From positions 106,384 to 170,383 of the forward strand of contig JAMPFD010000003.1 in assembly GCA_023664625.1 (NCBI GenBank): DNA of 64,000 nt, given 5' to 3'. The position numbers and the translations under genes are program-made. Positions 20,644 through 30,157 of this stretch are shown in pieces. Positions within the stretch are counted from its first letter, which is position 1; each line of letters begins with the position of its first letter. The DNA comes from Bacillota bacterium. GTDB lineage: Bacteria; Bacteroidota; Bacteroidia; Bacteroidales; Bacteroidaceae. The notes below the pieces were generated by a model. It was not told the origin of the DNA. It made no database searches and worked only from the letters and a program-made list of their open reading frames with translations.

Positions 20644-20727
20644 CAAAAGGTGACACTTTACATTGAGGGAAGTCACCTTTTACCCTGTCAGCCGTTACCT
20701 TTCGGCATGCGGAAGGTCACCTTTTGC
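20644..20727. repeat. REP-like array C: four units with the core AAAGGTGAC / GTCACCTTT
   Basis: gacaaaaggtgacacttta, gaagtcaccttttaccc, ccgttacctttcggc and ggaaggtcaccttttgcacg. It overlaps the last codons of the ATPase gene and lies upstream of ribF. Confidence 0.75.
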
Positions 20728-23331
20728 ACGGCGGTAGATCTCACCCGCCCAAAGTACGGGAGAGGTGAGGACGAAAATCCATATCCAGTCGGAGACGGAG
20801 AGCGGTACGCAACGGAACATTGCACCACCGTAACTGACCATGAGCCACTGGCCGGCGAGGATGACAAGGAGCACAAGACAGAAACTTCTTGATGCCCACA
20901 GCCGCCTGAAGGCACTGTGGCGGGAGCCTATGCAGCGGGCATTGAAGAGGTTCCACCACTGGAGCATCACGAAGACCGTAAAGAACCGGGTAAGTTCATG
21001 AGGGTCCACACCGGCATGGTTCGTGTCACCGCCGAAGAAGTCAAATCCGTATTCGCAATAGATAAGGTAAGCGAACATGACGGCAAACATCAGGAGTCCC
21101 GTGACTACTATGCCGCGGATTATCGGCATACTGAGGATAAAGTCTGTCTGACAGCGGGGCTTCTCCGCCATCACCTCACATGAGGGAGGGAGGGACGAGA
21201 GGGCAAGGGCGGCGAAAGTGTCCATGATTATGTTCACCCACAGTATCTGGGTCACCGTCAGAGGCATCTCCGTACCCACCAGGGAGCCGGCTATGACGAG
21301 GAGCAGTGCCGCAACGTTCACCACAAGCTGGAAGAAAAGGAACCGCTGGATGTTCCTGTACAGGGAGCGTCCCCACATCACGGCGTTGGCGATGCTGCCG
21401 AAAGAGTCGTCAAGAAGAGTCATGTCCGATGCCTCCTTGGCAACGTTTGTGCCTGAACCGAGCGACAGTCCGACATGGGCATGGTTAAGGGCGGGAGCGT
21501 CATTCGTGCCGTCACCCGTCACCGCCACCACCTGCCCCTGCTTCTGAAGGAGCTGCACGAGACGCTGCTTGTCCTGCGGACGGGCACGGGACATCACGCA
21601 CAGGTTCCTTGCCACTTCTCCCGCCTCGTCATCGGAAAGGGCGGCGAACTCCGCTCCGCTGATGCTCAGCCTGCCGGAAAGAGCCGATGTGGAGGCGGCA
21701 CCGGGACGGACGGCATTGCCGGCACCGTCGACAAGTCCTATGCGGCGGGCTATCTCAAGTGCCGTGGCGTCAACATCACCCGTGACAATCTTCACCTCTA
21801 TCCCAGCATCATGGCACCTGCGGACGGCCTCAGGAACATCACTGCGGACGGGATCAGAGATACCGAAGACCGCCTGCAGCCTGCCGTCAAGGGCCATGGC
21901 CAGGGTGCGCATGGCTTTCTTCTGGTAGCCGGCAAGGGTCTTGCGTATCTCGGCAAGGGCATCAGGAGCAAGGTCACACTGTGCAAGGATTATCTCCGGC
22001 GCACCTTTTATATATGTATGCACCTTCCCGCCGGCATCACGGACGGTGGTGGACATCTGCTTTGTCTCCGTGGAGAACGGCTGCTGCCCGACAATCTCCA
22101 TGCCCCGGCGCAGGGAAAGATAATCAGCGCCACGGTCCCTGAGCCACAGGAGGAGGGCAACCTCCGTCGGATTGCCTATGCCTTTGTCACCGTCAAGATT
22201 GGCGGTGGTATTGACGGATATTCCCTTGTAAATCTCCTGCACGACACCATCGTCGACCTCCGTTGCGCCGGAAACCGGAACGGAGCATTCCTGCACCGTC
22301 ATACGGTTTTCCGTAAGCGTGCCGGTCTTGTCAGTACAGATTACCGTCACCGCGCCCATTGTCTCACAGGCATGGAGCTTGCGGACAAGATTGTTGCTCC
22401 TGAGCATGCGGCGCATGTTCAGCGCGAGGGAGAGCGTGACGGCCATGGGAAGACCTTCGGGAACAGCCATGACGATGAGAGTGACGGCCATCATGAAATA
22501 TTTGAGCACCACACGTGACATTGCGACATAGTCGGCACCGGCACTGCCGAAAGCTTCCCATAGGGGATTGACAAGAACATCGTGACCGAGGAAGAGAACG
22601 GCAGAGAGGATTGAGAACGAGACGCCAAGTCTGTTGATTACTTTTCCGAGACGGTCGAGCTGAAGGTTCAGCGGGGTCTTCACTCCGGATTGCTCTCCCG
22701 AGGAGCGTGCAACCTTGCCGATCTCCGTCCCGTTGCCCACGGCTGTGACGACAAAGCGTCCTTTGCCGTTCATCACCATTGACGAACGCAGCACGTAATT
22801 GGCAGCATAGGCGGACTCCCCGTCACCTTTCCCAACGGGAACCACGGCACTCTTTGTGGCTATCGGCTCACCTGTGAGCATCGATTCGTCAATCTGAAGC
22901 GAGTTGCTGCTGTCAAGGACTCCGTCGGCGGGAATCTCATCGCCTGTCTCCACAAGGACGGTGTCGCCGACGACAATATCCTTCCGTGCCACGAGGCATA
23001 CCCGGCCGTTGCGTATGACCTTCACCTGCTGCTCCTCGTTGAGCCGGGTGAGGACGTCGAATTTCCGTGCGGCGTCCATCTCGAAAAGGAAACCTACGGT
23101 GGTGGCAAGGATAATGGCGAAGAAAATGCCTATGGTTTCTATATACTCATTCTCTATCACCGCCAGCACGAGGGATACGAGGGCGGCAGCGAGGAGTATC
23201 TTTATGATAGGGTCTTTGTACTTATCAAGATAGAGCTTCCAGAGGGATTCTCTCTTCGGAGGTGTGAGGAGGTTCCATCCGTGCTCACGGCGCGAGTCGG
23301 TAACCTCTTGGTCGTTAAGTCCTGAAATCAT
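20695..23331 (-). CDS. P-type cation-transporting ATPase (Ca2+/PMCA-SERCA type, P2 subfamily)
   Basis: 878 aa from the ATG at 23331 (MISGLNDQEVTDS...). Phosphorylation motif CTDKTGTLT, TGDN-like VTGDVDATA, GDGTNDAPAL and 10 predicted TM segments. The track ORF extends 47 codons further into the A/C-rich leader, which is not coding. Confidence 0.9.
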   Translation of the reverse strand: MISGLNDQEVTDSRREHGWNLLTPPKRESLWKLYLDKYKDPIIKILLAAALVSLVLAVIENEYIETIGIFFAIILATTVGFLFEMDAARKFDVLTRLNEEQQVKVIRNGRVCLVARKDIVVGDTVLVETGDEIPADGVLDSSNSLQIDESMLTGEPIATKSAVVPVGKGDGESAYAANYVLRSSMVMNGKGRFVVTAVGNGTEIGKVARSSGEQSGVKTPLNLQLDRLGKVINRLGVSFSILSAVLFLGHDVLVNPLWEAFGSAGADYVAMSRVVLKYFMMAVTLIVMAVPEGLPMAVTLSLALNMRRMLRSNNLVRKLHACETMGAVTVICTDKTGTLTENRMTVQECSVPVSGATEVDDGVVQEIYKGISVNTTANLDGDKGIGNPTEVALLLWLRDRGADYLSLRRGMEIVGQQPFSTETKQMSTTVRDAGGKVHTYIKGAPEIILAQCDLAPDALAEIRKTLAGYQKKAMRTLAMALDGRLQAVFGISDPVRSDVPEAVRRCHDAGIEVKIVTGDVDATALEIARRIGLVDGAGNAVRPGAASTSALSGRLSISGAEFAALSDDEAGEVARNLCVMSRARPQDKQRLVQLLQKQGQVVAVTGDGTNDAPALNHAHVGLSLGSGTNVAKEASDMTLLDDSFGSIANAVMWGRSLYRNIQRFLFFQLVVNVAALLLVIAGSLVGTEMPLTVTQILWVNIIMDTFAALALSSLPPSCEVMAEKPRCQTDFILSMPIIRGIVVTGLLMFAVMFAYLIYCEYGFDFFGGDTNHAGVDPHELTRFFTVFVMLQWWNLFNARCIGSRHSAFRRLWASRSFCLVLLVILAGQWLMVSYGGAMFRCVPLSVSDWIWIFVLTSPVLWAGEIYRRAKGDLPHAER

Positions 23332-23440
23332 TTTGTACGGTTGTACTGTTTGACGGTTATAGGGTTCGTAAGGTTGTAGGTCTTTGGTATGGGGCGCAGG
23401 TCGGGGTGCAGGGTAAGGTCTTATGGTTTTGTGCGTTACG
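23332..23440 (-). promoter_or_regulatory. A/C-only leader with CATAACC and CCGTACAA repeats upstream of the ATPase
   Basis: The coding-strand sequence cataaccctgcaccccgacctgcgccccataccaaagacctacaaccttacgaaccctataaccgtcaaacagtacaaccgtacaaaATG contains almost no G or T runs. Confidence 0.5.
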
Positions 23441-23539
23441 GGGGATGATGTCCGGTACTCCTGAGGGCACACAAAAAAGTTCCCACCACTCCGCCATGTC
23501 AGGCGGAGTGATGAGAACCGTCATTTATGTCTGCTTCTC

Positions 23540-25876
23540 TTAGAAGTCGAACTTGTCAAGTGCATCTGTGAAGTCCTTTGGAGTCTCCACTGCCGGCTGT
23601 GCAGGGGTCTCCTGGGCAGCATCATTGTTATTGAATGAAGGACGAGGACGACGCTCATTGCGCTGATTGCGGTCTCCGCGCTGTGGACGCTCGCGGCGTT
23701 CGCCACGCTCTGGACGAGGACGGCGCTCACGCTCGACGTATCCTTCCGGCTTTTCGATGAGGACACGGTGGGAGAGCTTGTACTTGCCGGTCTTCTGGTC
23801 GATGTCGATAAGCTTCACCTGAATATGGTCACCCTCCTTGATGCCTGCCTCTTCCACAGTCTCAAGACGCTTCCAGTCTATCTCTGAGATATGAAGAAGT
23901 CCGTCCTTGCCCGGCATAATCTCCACGAAACAGCCGTAAGGCATGATGGAGCGTACGGTTCCGTCGTATGTCTCACCGACTTCAGGGATGGCGACGATGG
24001 CCTTAATCTTGGCGAGGGCAGAGTCGATGGAGTCCTTGTTAGGCGCGCTGACCTGCACATGGCCGACGCCGTCAGCCTCCTCGATGGTGATTGTTGTGCC
24101 TGTCTCTTCCTGCATCTGCTGGATAATCTTGCCGCCGGGGCCTATCACCGCACCGATGAACTCCTTAGGTATGTCGATGGAAACGATGCGAGGAACCTGA
24201 GGCTTCATCTCTGTACGTGGTTCTGCGATTGTATCCGTGATGCAGTTGAGGATATGCTCACGGCCTGCCTTTGCCTGTGCGAGTGCCTTCTCGAGTATCT
24301 CGTAGGAGAGGCCGTCGCACTTGATGTCCATCTGTGTGGCTGTCAGACCGTCCTTCGTACCTGTGGTCTTGAAGTCCATGTCACCGAGGTGGTCCTCGTC
24401 ACCGAGAATGTCTGAGAGCACAGCATACTTGTCCTCTCCAGGGTTCTTGATAAGTCCCATGGCAATGCCTGATACAGGCTTCTTCATAGGAACGCCGGCA
24501 TCCATGAGGGCAAGTGTGCCCGCGCAGACTGTCGCCATTGAAGAAGAGCCGTTGGACTCAAGTATCTGCGACACGACACGCACGGTGTAAGGGAAGTCGG
24601 AAGGTATCTGACCCTTCAGTCCGCGCCATGCGAGATGGCCGTGACCGATTTCGCGACGGCCTACGCCACGCTGCGGCTTAGCCTCGCCGGTACAGAAAGG
24701 AGGGAAGTTATAGTGGAGGAGGAAGCGCATGTAGCTCTTGTCAAGGACATTGTCGACGAGCTTCTCGTCCATCTTGTTGCCGAGAGTGACGGTCGTGAGC
24801 GACTGTGTCTCGCCACGTGTGAAGATTGAGGATCCGTGAGGCATCGGCAGCGGAGAGACCTCGCACCATATCGGACGGATGTCCGTTGTCTTACGGCCGT
24901 CGAGGCGCACGCCCTCGTCAAGGATGCAGCGGCGCATGGCGTCCTTCTCTACATCATGATAGTACTTGTCGACAAGAGCGAACTTCTCTTCCATCTCGTC
25001 CTCTGTAAACTCAGCATGGGCAGCAGCGTATGCCTCCTTGAAGTCTGCCTTTATCTGCTCGAAAGCCTCTGCACGCGCATGCTTCTCAAGAGCCTGCTTG
25101 ACAACGTCGTAAGCCTTCTGGTAGCAGTCGGTCTTGACCTGCTCCTTCAGTTCGTCATCGTTGACCTCGTGGCAGTACTCGCGCTTAACGTCTGTGCCAA
25201 GTTCCTTCATCAGCTCGTACTGCATCTCGCACATAGGCTTGATGGCGGCATGAGCGGCCTTGAGTGCATTCAGGAGGTCTGCTTCCTGGACCTCTTTCAT
25301 CTCGCCTTCGACCATCATGATGTTCTCTGCCGTGGCACCGACCATGAGATCCATGTCGGCCTCTGCCATCTGGGCAAAGGTCGGGTTGATGACATACTCG
25401 CCGTTTACGCGTGCCACGCGCACCTCTGATATAGGGAACTCGAACGGAATGTCTGAACAAGCGAGGGCGCATGATGCGGCAAAGCCGGCAAGAGCGTCAG
25501 GCTGGTCAACTCCGTCAGCGGAGAAGAGGATGACGTTCACGAAAACCTCTGCATGGTAGTCGCTCGGGAAAAGCGGGCGGAGAGCGCGGTCAACAAGGCG
25601 GCAGGTGAGAATCTCGTCGTCACTTGCCTTGCCCTCACGCTTTGTGAAACCTCCCGGGAAGCGTCCTGCGGCAGCATACTGCTCGCGGTACTCAACCTGG
25701 AGAGGCATGAAGTCTGTTCCGGGCACTGCATCCTTTGCAGCGCATACTGTGGCAAGAAGGACGGTGTTGCCCATACGGAGCGTACAGCTGCCGTCTGCCT
25801 GCTTAGCCAACTTTCCTGTCTCAATAGTAATCTGACGTCCGTCAGGCAATGAGACTGTCTTTGTAATTACGTTCAT
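23540..25876 (-). CDS. pnp: Polyribonucleotide nucleotidyltransferase (PNPase)
   Basis: Two RNase PH domains, a KH domain, an S1 domain and a basic RG-rich tail ([18 protein letters not shown]). The start is moved to the internal ATG ([22 protein letters not shown]), which is the canonical PNPase N-terminus. Confidence 0.93.
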   Translation of the reverse strand: MNVITKTVSLPDGRQITIETGKLAKQADGSCTLRMGNTVLLATVCAAKDAVPGTDFMPLQVEYREQYAAAGRFPGGFTKREGKASDDEILTCRLVDRALRPLFPSDYHAEVFVNVILFSADGVDQPDALAGFAASCALACSDIPFEFPISEVRVARVNGEYVINPTFAQMAEADMDLMVGATAENIMMVEGEMKEVQEADLLNALKAAHAAIKPMCEMQYELMKELGTDVKREYCHEVNDDELKEQVKTDCYQKAYDVVKQALEKHARAEAFEQIKADFKEAYAAAHAEFTEDEMEEKFALVDKYYHDVEKDAMRRCILDEGVRLDGRKTTDIRPIWCEVSPLPMPHGSSIFTRGETQSLTTVTLGNKMDEKLVDNVLDKSYMRFLLHYNFPPFCTGEAKPQRGVGRREIGHGHLAWRGLKGQIPSDFPYTVRVVSQILESNGSSSMATVCAGTLALMDAGVPMKKPVSGIAMGLIKNPGEDKYAVLSDILGDEDHLGDMDFKTTGTKDGLTATQMDIKCDGLSYEILEKALAQAKAGREHILNCITDTIAEPRTEMKPQVPRIVSIDIPKEFIGAVIGPGGKIIQQMQEETGTTITIEEADGVGHVQVSAPNKDSIDSALAKIKAIVAIPEVGETYDGTVRSIMPYGCFVEIMPGKDGLLHISEIDWKRLETVEEAGIKEGDHIQVKLIDIDQKTGKYKLSHRVLIEKPEGYVERERRPRPERGERRERPQRGDRNQRNERRPRPSFNNNDAAQETPAQPAVETPKDFTDALDKFDF

Positions 25877-26123
25877 TTCTTTTTGTAAAAAACATCTAAC
25901 GGGCAATATGCCCAAATAAAACATCTCGGACGAACCAAGCAAACGGTGTCCATCTTCTCCCGCAACAACAGCGGGACAACACCGCTTCTCTGACGTCTGT
26001 CCTTTATAAAAATCCTTGCAAATTTACCCAATTTAAACCAAACAAACGAACCGAAATGGTGTTTTCCACCCTTTATTATGTTTTTTTAAGGAAATATTTC
26101 TTGTGTGTTTCAATTATTCTTGC

Positions 26124-26131
26124 TACCTTTG
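26124..26131 (+). promoter_or_regulatory. Candidate -7 promoter box (TACCTTTG) upstream of tRNA-Met
   Basis: Matches TAnnTTTG. The same octamer precedes tRNA-Asn at 62655. Confidence 0.3.
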
Positions 26132-26224
26132 CATCCGCAATCAGGCGAGCGGGAGCATTTCACAATTTTCCATGCTGATGTTCCTTAAAGGTTCTGCCTG
26201 TTGCGGTTGCTCCTATGCAATCCC

Positions 26225-26298
26225 GGACTTGTAGCTCAGTTGGTTAGAGCAACAGACTCATAATCTGGAGGTCCCTGGTTCAAGCCCAGGCTGGTCCA
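26225..26298 (+). tRNA. tRNA-Met (anticodon CAT); integration target of the mobile element
   Basis: Folded by hand into a cloverleaf: acceptor ggacttg/ctggtcc, D-arm gctc-agttggtta-gagc, anticodon loop ctCATaa, T-arm cctgg-ttcaagc-ccagg. There is no encoded CCA. A terminator hairpin (ggagttacgaatttcgtaactcc + T6) follows at 26307-26336. Confidence 0.85.
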
Positions 26299-26344
26299 CT
26301 TTCAAAATCAAGGAGTTACGAATTTCGTAACTCCTTTTTTCTTA

Positions 26345-26368
26345 CCCTTGCGTAAACAATGCGTAAAC
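26345..26368 (+). repeat. Left-end arm-type repeat (GCGTAAACAA, two copies)
   Basis: gcgtaaacaatgcgtaaacaaac lies immediately inside the left direct repeat. The same 23-mer is at 45593-45616, about 110 bp inside the right direct repeat. Confidence 0.7.
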
Positions 26369-26899
26369 AAACTGTTTGAGTTGGCCGTGTTTAACACATA
26401 GAATTTCTATGATGCTCCATGTTATCCTGTAATACCTTTACCCGAAGTTTTGTTAGTGTGACGACACTTTACGATTAAATAAACTCAAATATACTCCATT
26501 TGTATATTGATTTACAGAATAATGTTGTAACTTTGCAAATGCAATGCATTTATGGCAAGCCATGACCAAGAGGTGCTTTTTCCTAATAAGGAAAAGTGGA
26601 TTTGTCTAACCTTCGTGGGAGGGTCATCCCATTCCGATGAATCGAAGCGTAGAGGGAGTATTAGTCGGAGAATACTCTATTTCAAACAATACGTGAGAGT
26701 TGCTTCAGGGGTTGAGACCGATTAGCAGAAGCCCGGTTACCAGTCAGCGACAGAAGACAACGAGATTGCACCGCTGCATATAACGACAATGTTTTTATCT
26801 GTCAAAGGATAGGGACTCAGTGGTTATATGCAGCGTTTTGTATATGTACGCCTCACATTGCAAAGCGGCTGTATTCAGAGGTTATGTTGAACATAAACA

Positions 26900-28402
26900 A
26901 TGAATGCAATGGAAAAATTAACCAAGTCATTGTCTCTTTTCAAAGAGCGTAACTGTTCTGTCTCTATCGTGTTGGATTCACGTACCCGCAGAAATAATGC
27001 GTGTGAGTTTCCATTATCTCTTCGTTTCACGATTGACCGCAAGTTCTTCTACTTTACAGTTGGAAGTTCTTTTACTGAGAAAAAGTTCTCGGACGTCTGC
27101 AATGCGATGAAATGTAAAAGCGAGAACTACAAACTTCAGAAGGAGTGGAAAGATACCATTGCCCCCAAGTACAAAGAAATCTTGATGAATCTGAACAAAG
27201 GCGGCATCCTAACATTTGAGATGGTACGTCAATGTATCATGGGTGAAGAAGTGGTGCTATCCAAAGAGAACACAACCCAATCACAATCCTTTATTAGTAT
27301 ATGGGAACAAGTCATTCACGAATTGCGTACAGAAGATGGAGGAGTACGTTTCACCACCGCAGAAAGTTATGAGTGTGCGCTCAAATCATTCAGAAAGATT
27401 CTTGGAGAAAATGCAATCAAGGGCTTTTGCATCTGTGCGGCAGAACTACAGAAATGGAAGGATGGTATGCACAATGGAGTTAAAGACGAAAATGGTGCGA
27501 TTGTCGGAAAAATCAGTGATACCACAGCCGGTATCTACTTGCGCTGTTGTCGTGCCGTATGGAACAGGTGTGTGCATGAGGGCTACCTCAAAAATGCTCC
27601 CTATCCTTTTTCCAACAAAAAAGAAAAAGGGCTTGTGAGCATTCCCAAGAGTGCAAAACGCAAGCAGAGTTTCCTGAACGTAAACCAGATGACAGAGCTT
27701 TATAACCTTTTCGTTTCAAAGCAATACCCCGAACATTGGGCGGAAGATTATATGAAACGTGCCCATTATTCATTAGGGCTGTTCCTTGCGCAATACCTGT
27801 GTAATGGTTTCAACATGGCTGATGCCGGACGGCTGACTTACAACAGTTATTATTACCAGACAGAAGGTAAGGCGTTCCGCTTCAATCGCAAAAAGACTTC
27901 CCGAAGATGCCCCGATGGTTCCGAGGTGATAGTTCCTATTATCCCTCCCTTACAATATATCTTGGATGAGATTGCTGCGCCTCCGACTCGTGATGGCTTG
28001 GTGTTCCCCGACATATTAAAGGGAGCGGAGACAGAAGAACTGCGCCGCAAATACACGGTACAAGAAAACTCAAACGTGAAGGACCGAGTTATCAAGATTT
28101 GTCATGAGGCATTGAATTGGGACAAGTCTATCTGCCCGTCCAGGACATGGTGCCGACACTCATTTGCCACCAACTTACATAATGCCGGAGTGGATATGGA
28201 TTATATTTCGGAGAGCATGGGACACGCTTCTTCAGACCATGCCATCACTCAAATCTACATTGAACATTATCCTCTCGATATACAAATGCAAAACAATTCA
28301 AAGTTGCTAAACTTGAAGAACACTTCTGAGAGAGATGCTTTGTTGGCGAAGCTGGCAAGCATGTCCACAGAAGAACTGCTCAAATTATTCAGACAACCTT
28401 AA
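26900..28402 (+). CDS. int: Tyrosine-type site-specific recombinase / integrase
   Basis: 500 aa. C-terminal catalytic region with R...HSFATNL (HxxR) ... GHASSDHAITQIY (catalytic Tyr), and an N-terminal SAM-like/arm-binding region. It is the first gene inside the element next to attL. Confidence 0.88.
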   Translation: MNAMEKLTKSLSLFKERNCSVSIVLDSRTRRNNACEFPLSLRFTIDRKFFYFTVGSSFTEKKFSDVCNAMKCKSENYKLQKEWKDTIAPKYKEILMNLNKGGILTFEMVRQCIMGEEVVLSKENTTQSQSFISIWEQVIHELRTEDGGVRFTTAESYECALKSFRKILGENAIKGFCICAAELQKWKDGMHNGVKDENGAIVGKISDTTAGIYLRCCRAVWNRCVHEGYLKNAPYPFSNKKEKGLVSIPKSAKRKQSFLNVNQMTELYNLFVSKQYPEHWAEDYMKRAHYSLGLFLAQYLCNGFNMADAGRLTYNSYYYQTEGKAFRFNRKKTSRRCPDGSEVIVPIIPPLQYILDEIAAPPTRDGLVFPDILKGAETEELRRKYTVQENSNVKDRVIKICHEALNWDKSICPSRTWCRHSFATNLHNAGVDMDYISESMGHASSDHAITQIYIEHYPLDIQMQNNSKLLNLKNTSERDALLAKLASMSTEELLKLFRQP

Positions 28403-28408
28403 TCCGTA

Positions 28409-29659
28409 ATGCTGATGATAAATTTCATAGAAAGGATAAAATCCTATTCCAAAAGGAAGGATGCGGCTGATATGGCTATCCGTGCATGGATATCAGCTAA
28501 CGAAGACGTGTATGCCAACTTTTGTAAGCGCATAGATGCTGTGGCTAAAGGTGACATATCAGTTCTGATGGACATGTATCTGATGATGCGGGATTGCGTA
28601 CCACCCGAAGCCTTATTGATGTATAACTGGCTCTCTGATTTTGCGAACGGCAAAGATGTAACAGCCATCACGAACCAACAATGGGCTGGCCAATATACCG
28701 AGACCATCGCCAAATGTATCACCAACAAGCGTTTGTGGATAGGCATCAATGTAAAAACGGGTACTGTAGAACTGATTACTTCTCCGAAATCAGGGCTGCT
28801 GATGATTCATTCTGAAACGCCTATTGAAATATGGAATCATCTGCCACAAGAGTTGAGGTCCTACTTGATTGGGCAATTAGATATGTTCATGAGAAACAGC
28901 AAAGGATGCTATCTGTTGAGCAAACTGGAAAGAAAAATGGTTTATCAGTTCCTGACCTATATCTCTCAAATTGTTTTCCTCTCTCATGCGGTATTCATTG
29001 GCGGGTTCATGGCTAACCTGTATGACCGTGTAATGGAAAAGAAAGAGGATTTGGCTTATTGCATGTATTATTTTGTAGTGTTTGACCATGGTCTGTCCCG
29101 TATGGCAAAGTTGCTTAATCGTCTGCTGAACAGTGAAGAGGTTGAACATGGCGATATGCTTTTGATAAAGTCATGTGTTACACTTCTTGTCAATAGAAGT
29201 GTAGAGATAGGTACAGAAACCAAAGCGGATTGGGAAAACACCGTTGAGAGGTGTAACCCAGAAATCTGGAAAGAAGTGATGTTCGCCTTACGAAAAGTAA
29301 AAGGCAGCCGTGGAAACAAGAAAGTGATACAGTCATTGGATGATATTCTTTTGGGCGACAAGGAACGTATCAAGCAGGGTATTCATTTGTTCCTTGAAGA
29401 GAATACCGAGAATATAAGCCTTGCCTATTTATTGAAATCATTGGTAAAGTCCGGCAAGATAAAAGCATCCACAAGGTACATGACATTTCACCGTGCCATC
29501 GAACAATTCTTCCAACGACATTATGGGCACGATATACCGCAGAAGCGATACGGAGAAATCAAGGAACTCATTTTGAATTCGCCCCAAAGAGGAAACAGTT
29601 ATACCAAGGCTAAACGAATAATAGACCGATGGACGGACTATTTTATCAATAACGGGTAG
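28409..29659 (+). CDS. Hypothetical protein (416 aa) co-transcribed with the integrase
   Basis: Starts 6 nt after the int stop with coding-like composition. No recognisable motifs. Confidence 0.5.
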   Translation: MLMINFIERIKSYSKRKDAADMAIRAWISANEDVYANFCKRIDAVAKGDISVLMDMYLMMRDCVPPEALLMYNWLSDFANGKDVTAITNQQWAGQYTETIAKCITNKRLWIGINVKTGTVELITSPKSGLLMIHSETPIEIWNHLPQELRSYLIGQLDMFMRNSKGCYLLSKLERKMVYQFLTYISQIVFLSHAVFIGGFMANLYDRVMEKKEDLAYCMYYFVVFDHGLSRMAKLLNRLLNSEEVEHGDMLLIKSCVTLLVNRSVEIGTETKADWENTVERCNPEIWKEVMFALRKVKGSRGNKKVIQSLDDILLGDKERIKQGIHLFLEENTENISLAYLLKSLVKSGKIKASTRYMTFHRAIEQFFQRHYGHDIPQKRYGEIKELILNSPQRGNSYTKAKRIIDRWTDYFINNG

Positions 29660-29835
29660 TTGGGAAATTCAGCTATCCGTTTTTCTGCAAACATCTGTTG
29701 TAATTCGGTCGGTAAATTTAAGGTATAAATAAACCGACCAACCCACAGAGTTTCACACACTACCTTTGCTTGCGAAATCGGTTTCACAGAGTTGAACCGA
29801 GGCTTAAAGTATTTAATCACCAAACAAGTAAAGGT

Positions 29836-30153
29836 ATGGAAGAAAAACTCAATCTCAACCAACTACTCCAAAAGCCCATCGCCATGATGACAGGCGAGGA
29901 GCTATGTTTTCTCATCACCAAAAGCATGGAGAACACAGAAGTAGCCACTCCCCAGATGGTATCCAAAGGCAACTACTATGGCATCGAAGGAATCGCCCGT
30001 GTATTCGGTTGTAGCGTACCCACCGCAAACCGCATCAAGAAAAGCGGAATCATAGACAAGGCCATCACGCAGATAGGACGCAAGATAGTGGTGGATGCAG
30101 ACCTTGCGCTGTCTTTGGCAAAAGAAGCAGGTGGCATTCATATAAAGGAGTAG
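29836..30153 (+). CDS. DUF3853-type helix-turn-helix protein (excisionase-like)
   Basis: 105 aa with GIEGIARVFGCSVPTANRIKKSGIIDKAITQIGRKIV, the HTH typical of Bacteroides mobile-element Xis-like proteins. The start is taken at the ATG at 29836. Confidence 0.65.
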   Translation: MEEKLNLNQLLQKPIAMMTGEELCFLITKSMENTEVATPQMVSKGNYYGIEGIARVFGCSVPTANRIKKSGIIDKAITQIGRKIVVDADLALSLAKEAGGIHIKE

Positions 30154-30157
30154 TGGT

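Noticed and set aside
21475-22518. 347-aa plus-strand ORF
   Set aside because: Antisense to the P-type ATPase gene.
23332-23472. N-terminal 47-codon extension of the ATPase ORF (MCPQEYRTSSPVTHKTIRPYPAPRP...)
   Set aside because: It is the translation of the A/C-only leader (ATAACC repeats), giving low-complexity Pro/Tyr/Gln. The canonical start MISGLNDQEV follows.
24836-25429. 197-aa plus-strand ORF and neighbouring small ORFs
   Set aside because: Antisense to pnp.
25877-25942. N-terminal 22-codon extension of the pnp ORF
   Set aside because: PNPase homologues begin at [13 protein letters not shown]. The extension has no support.
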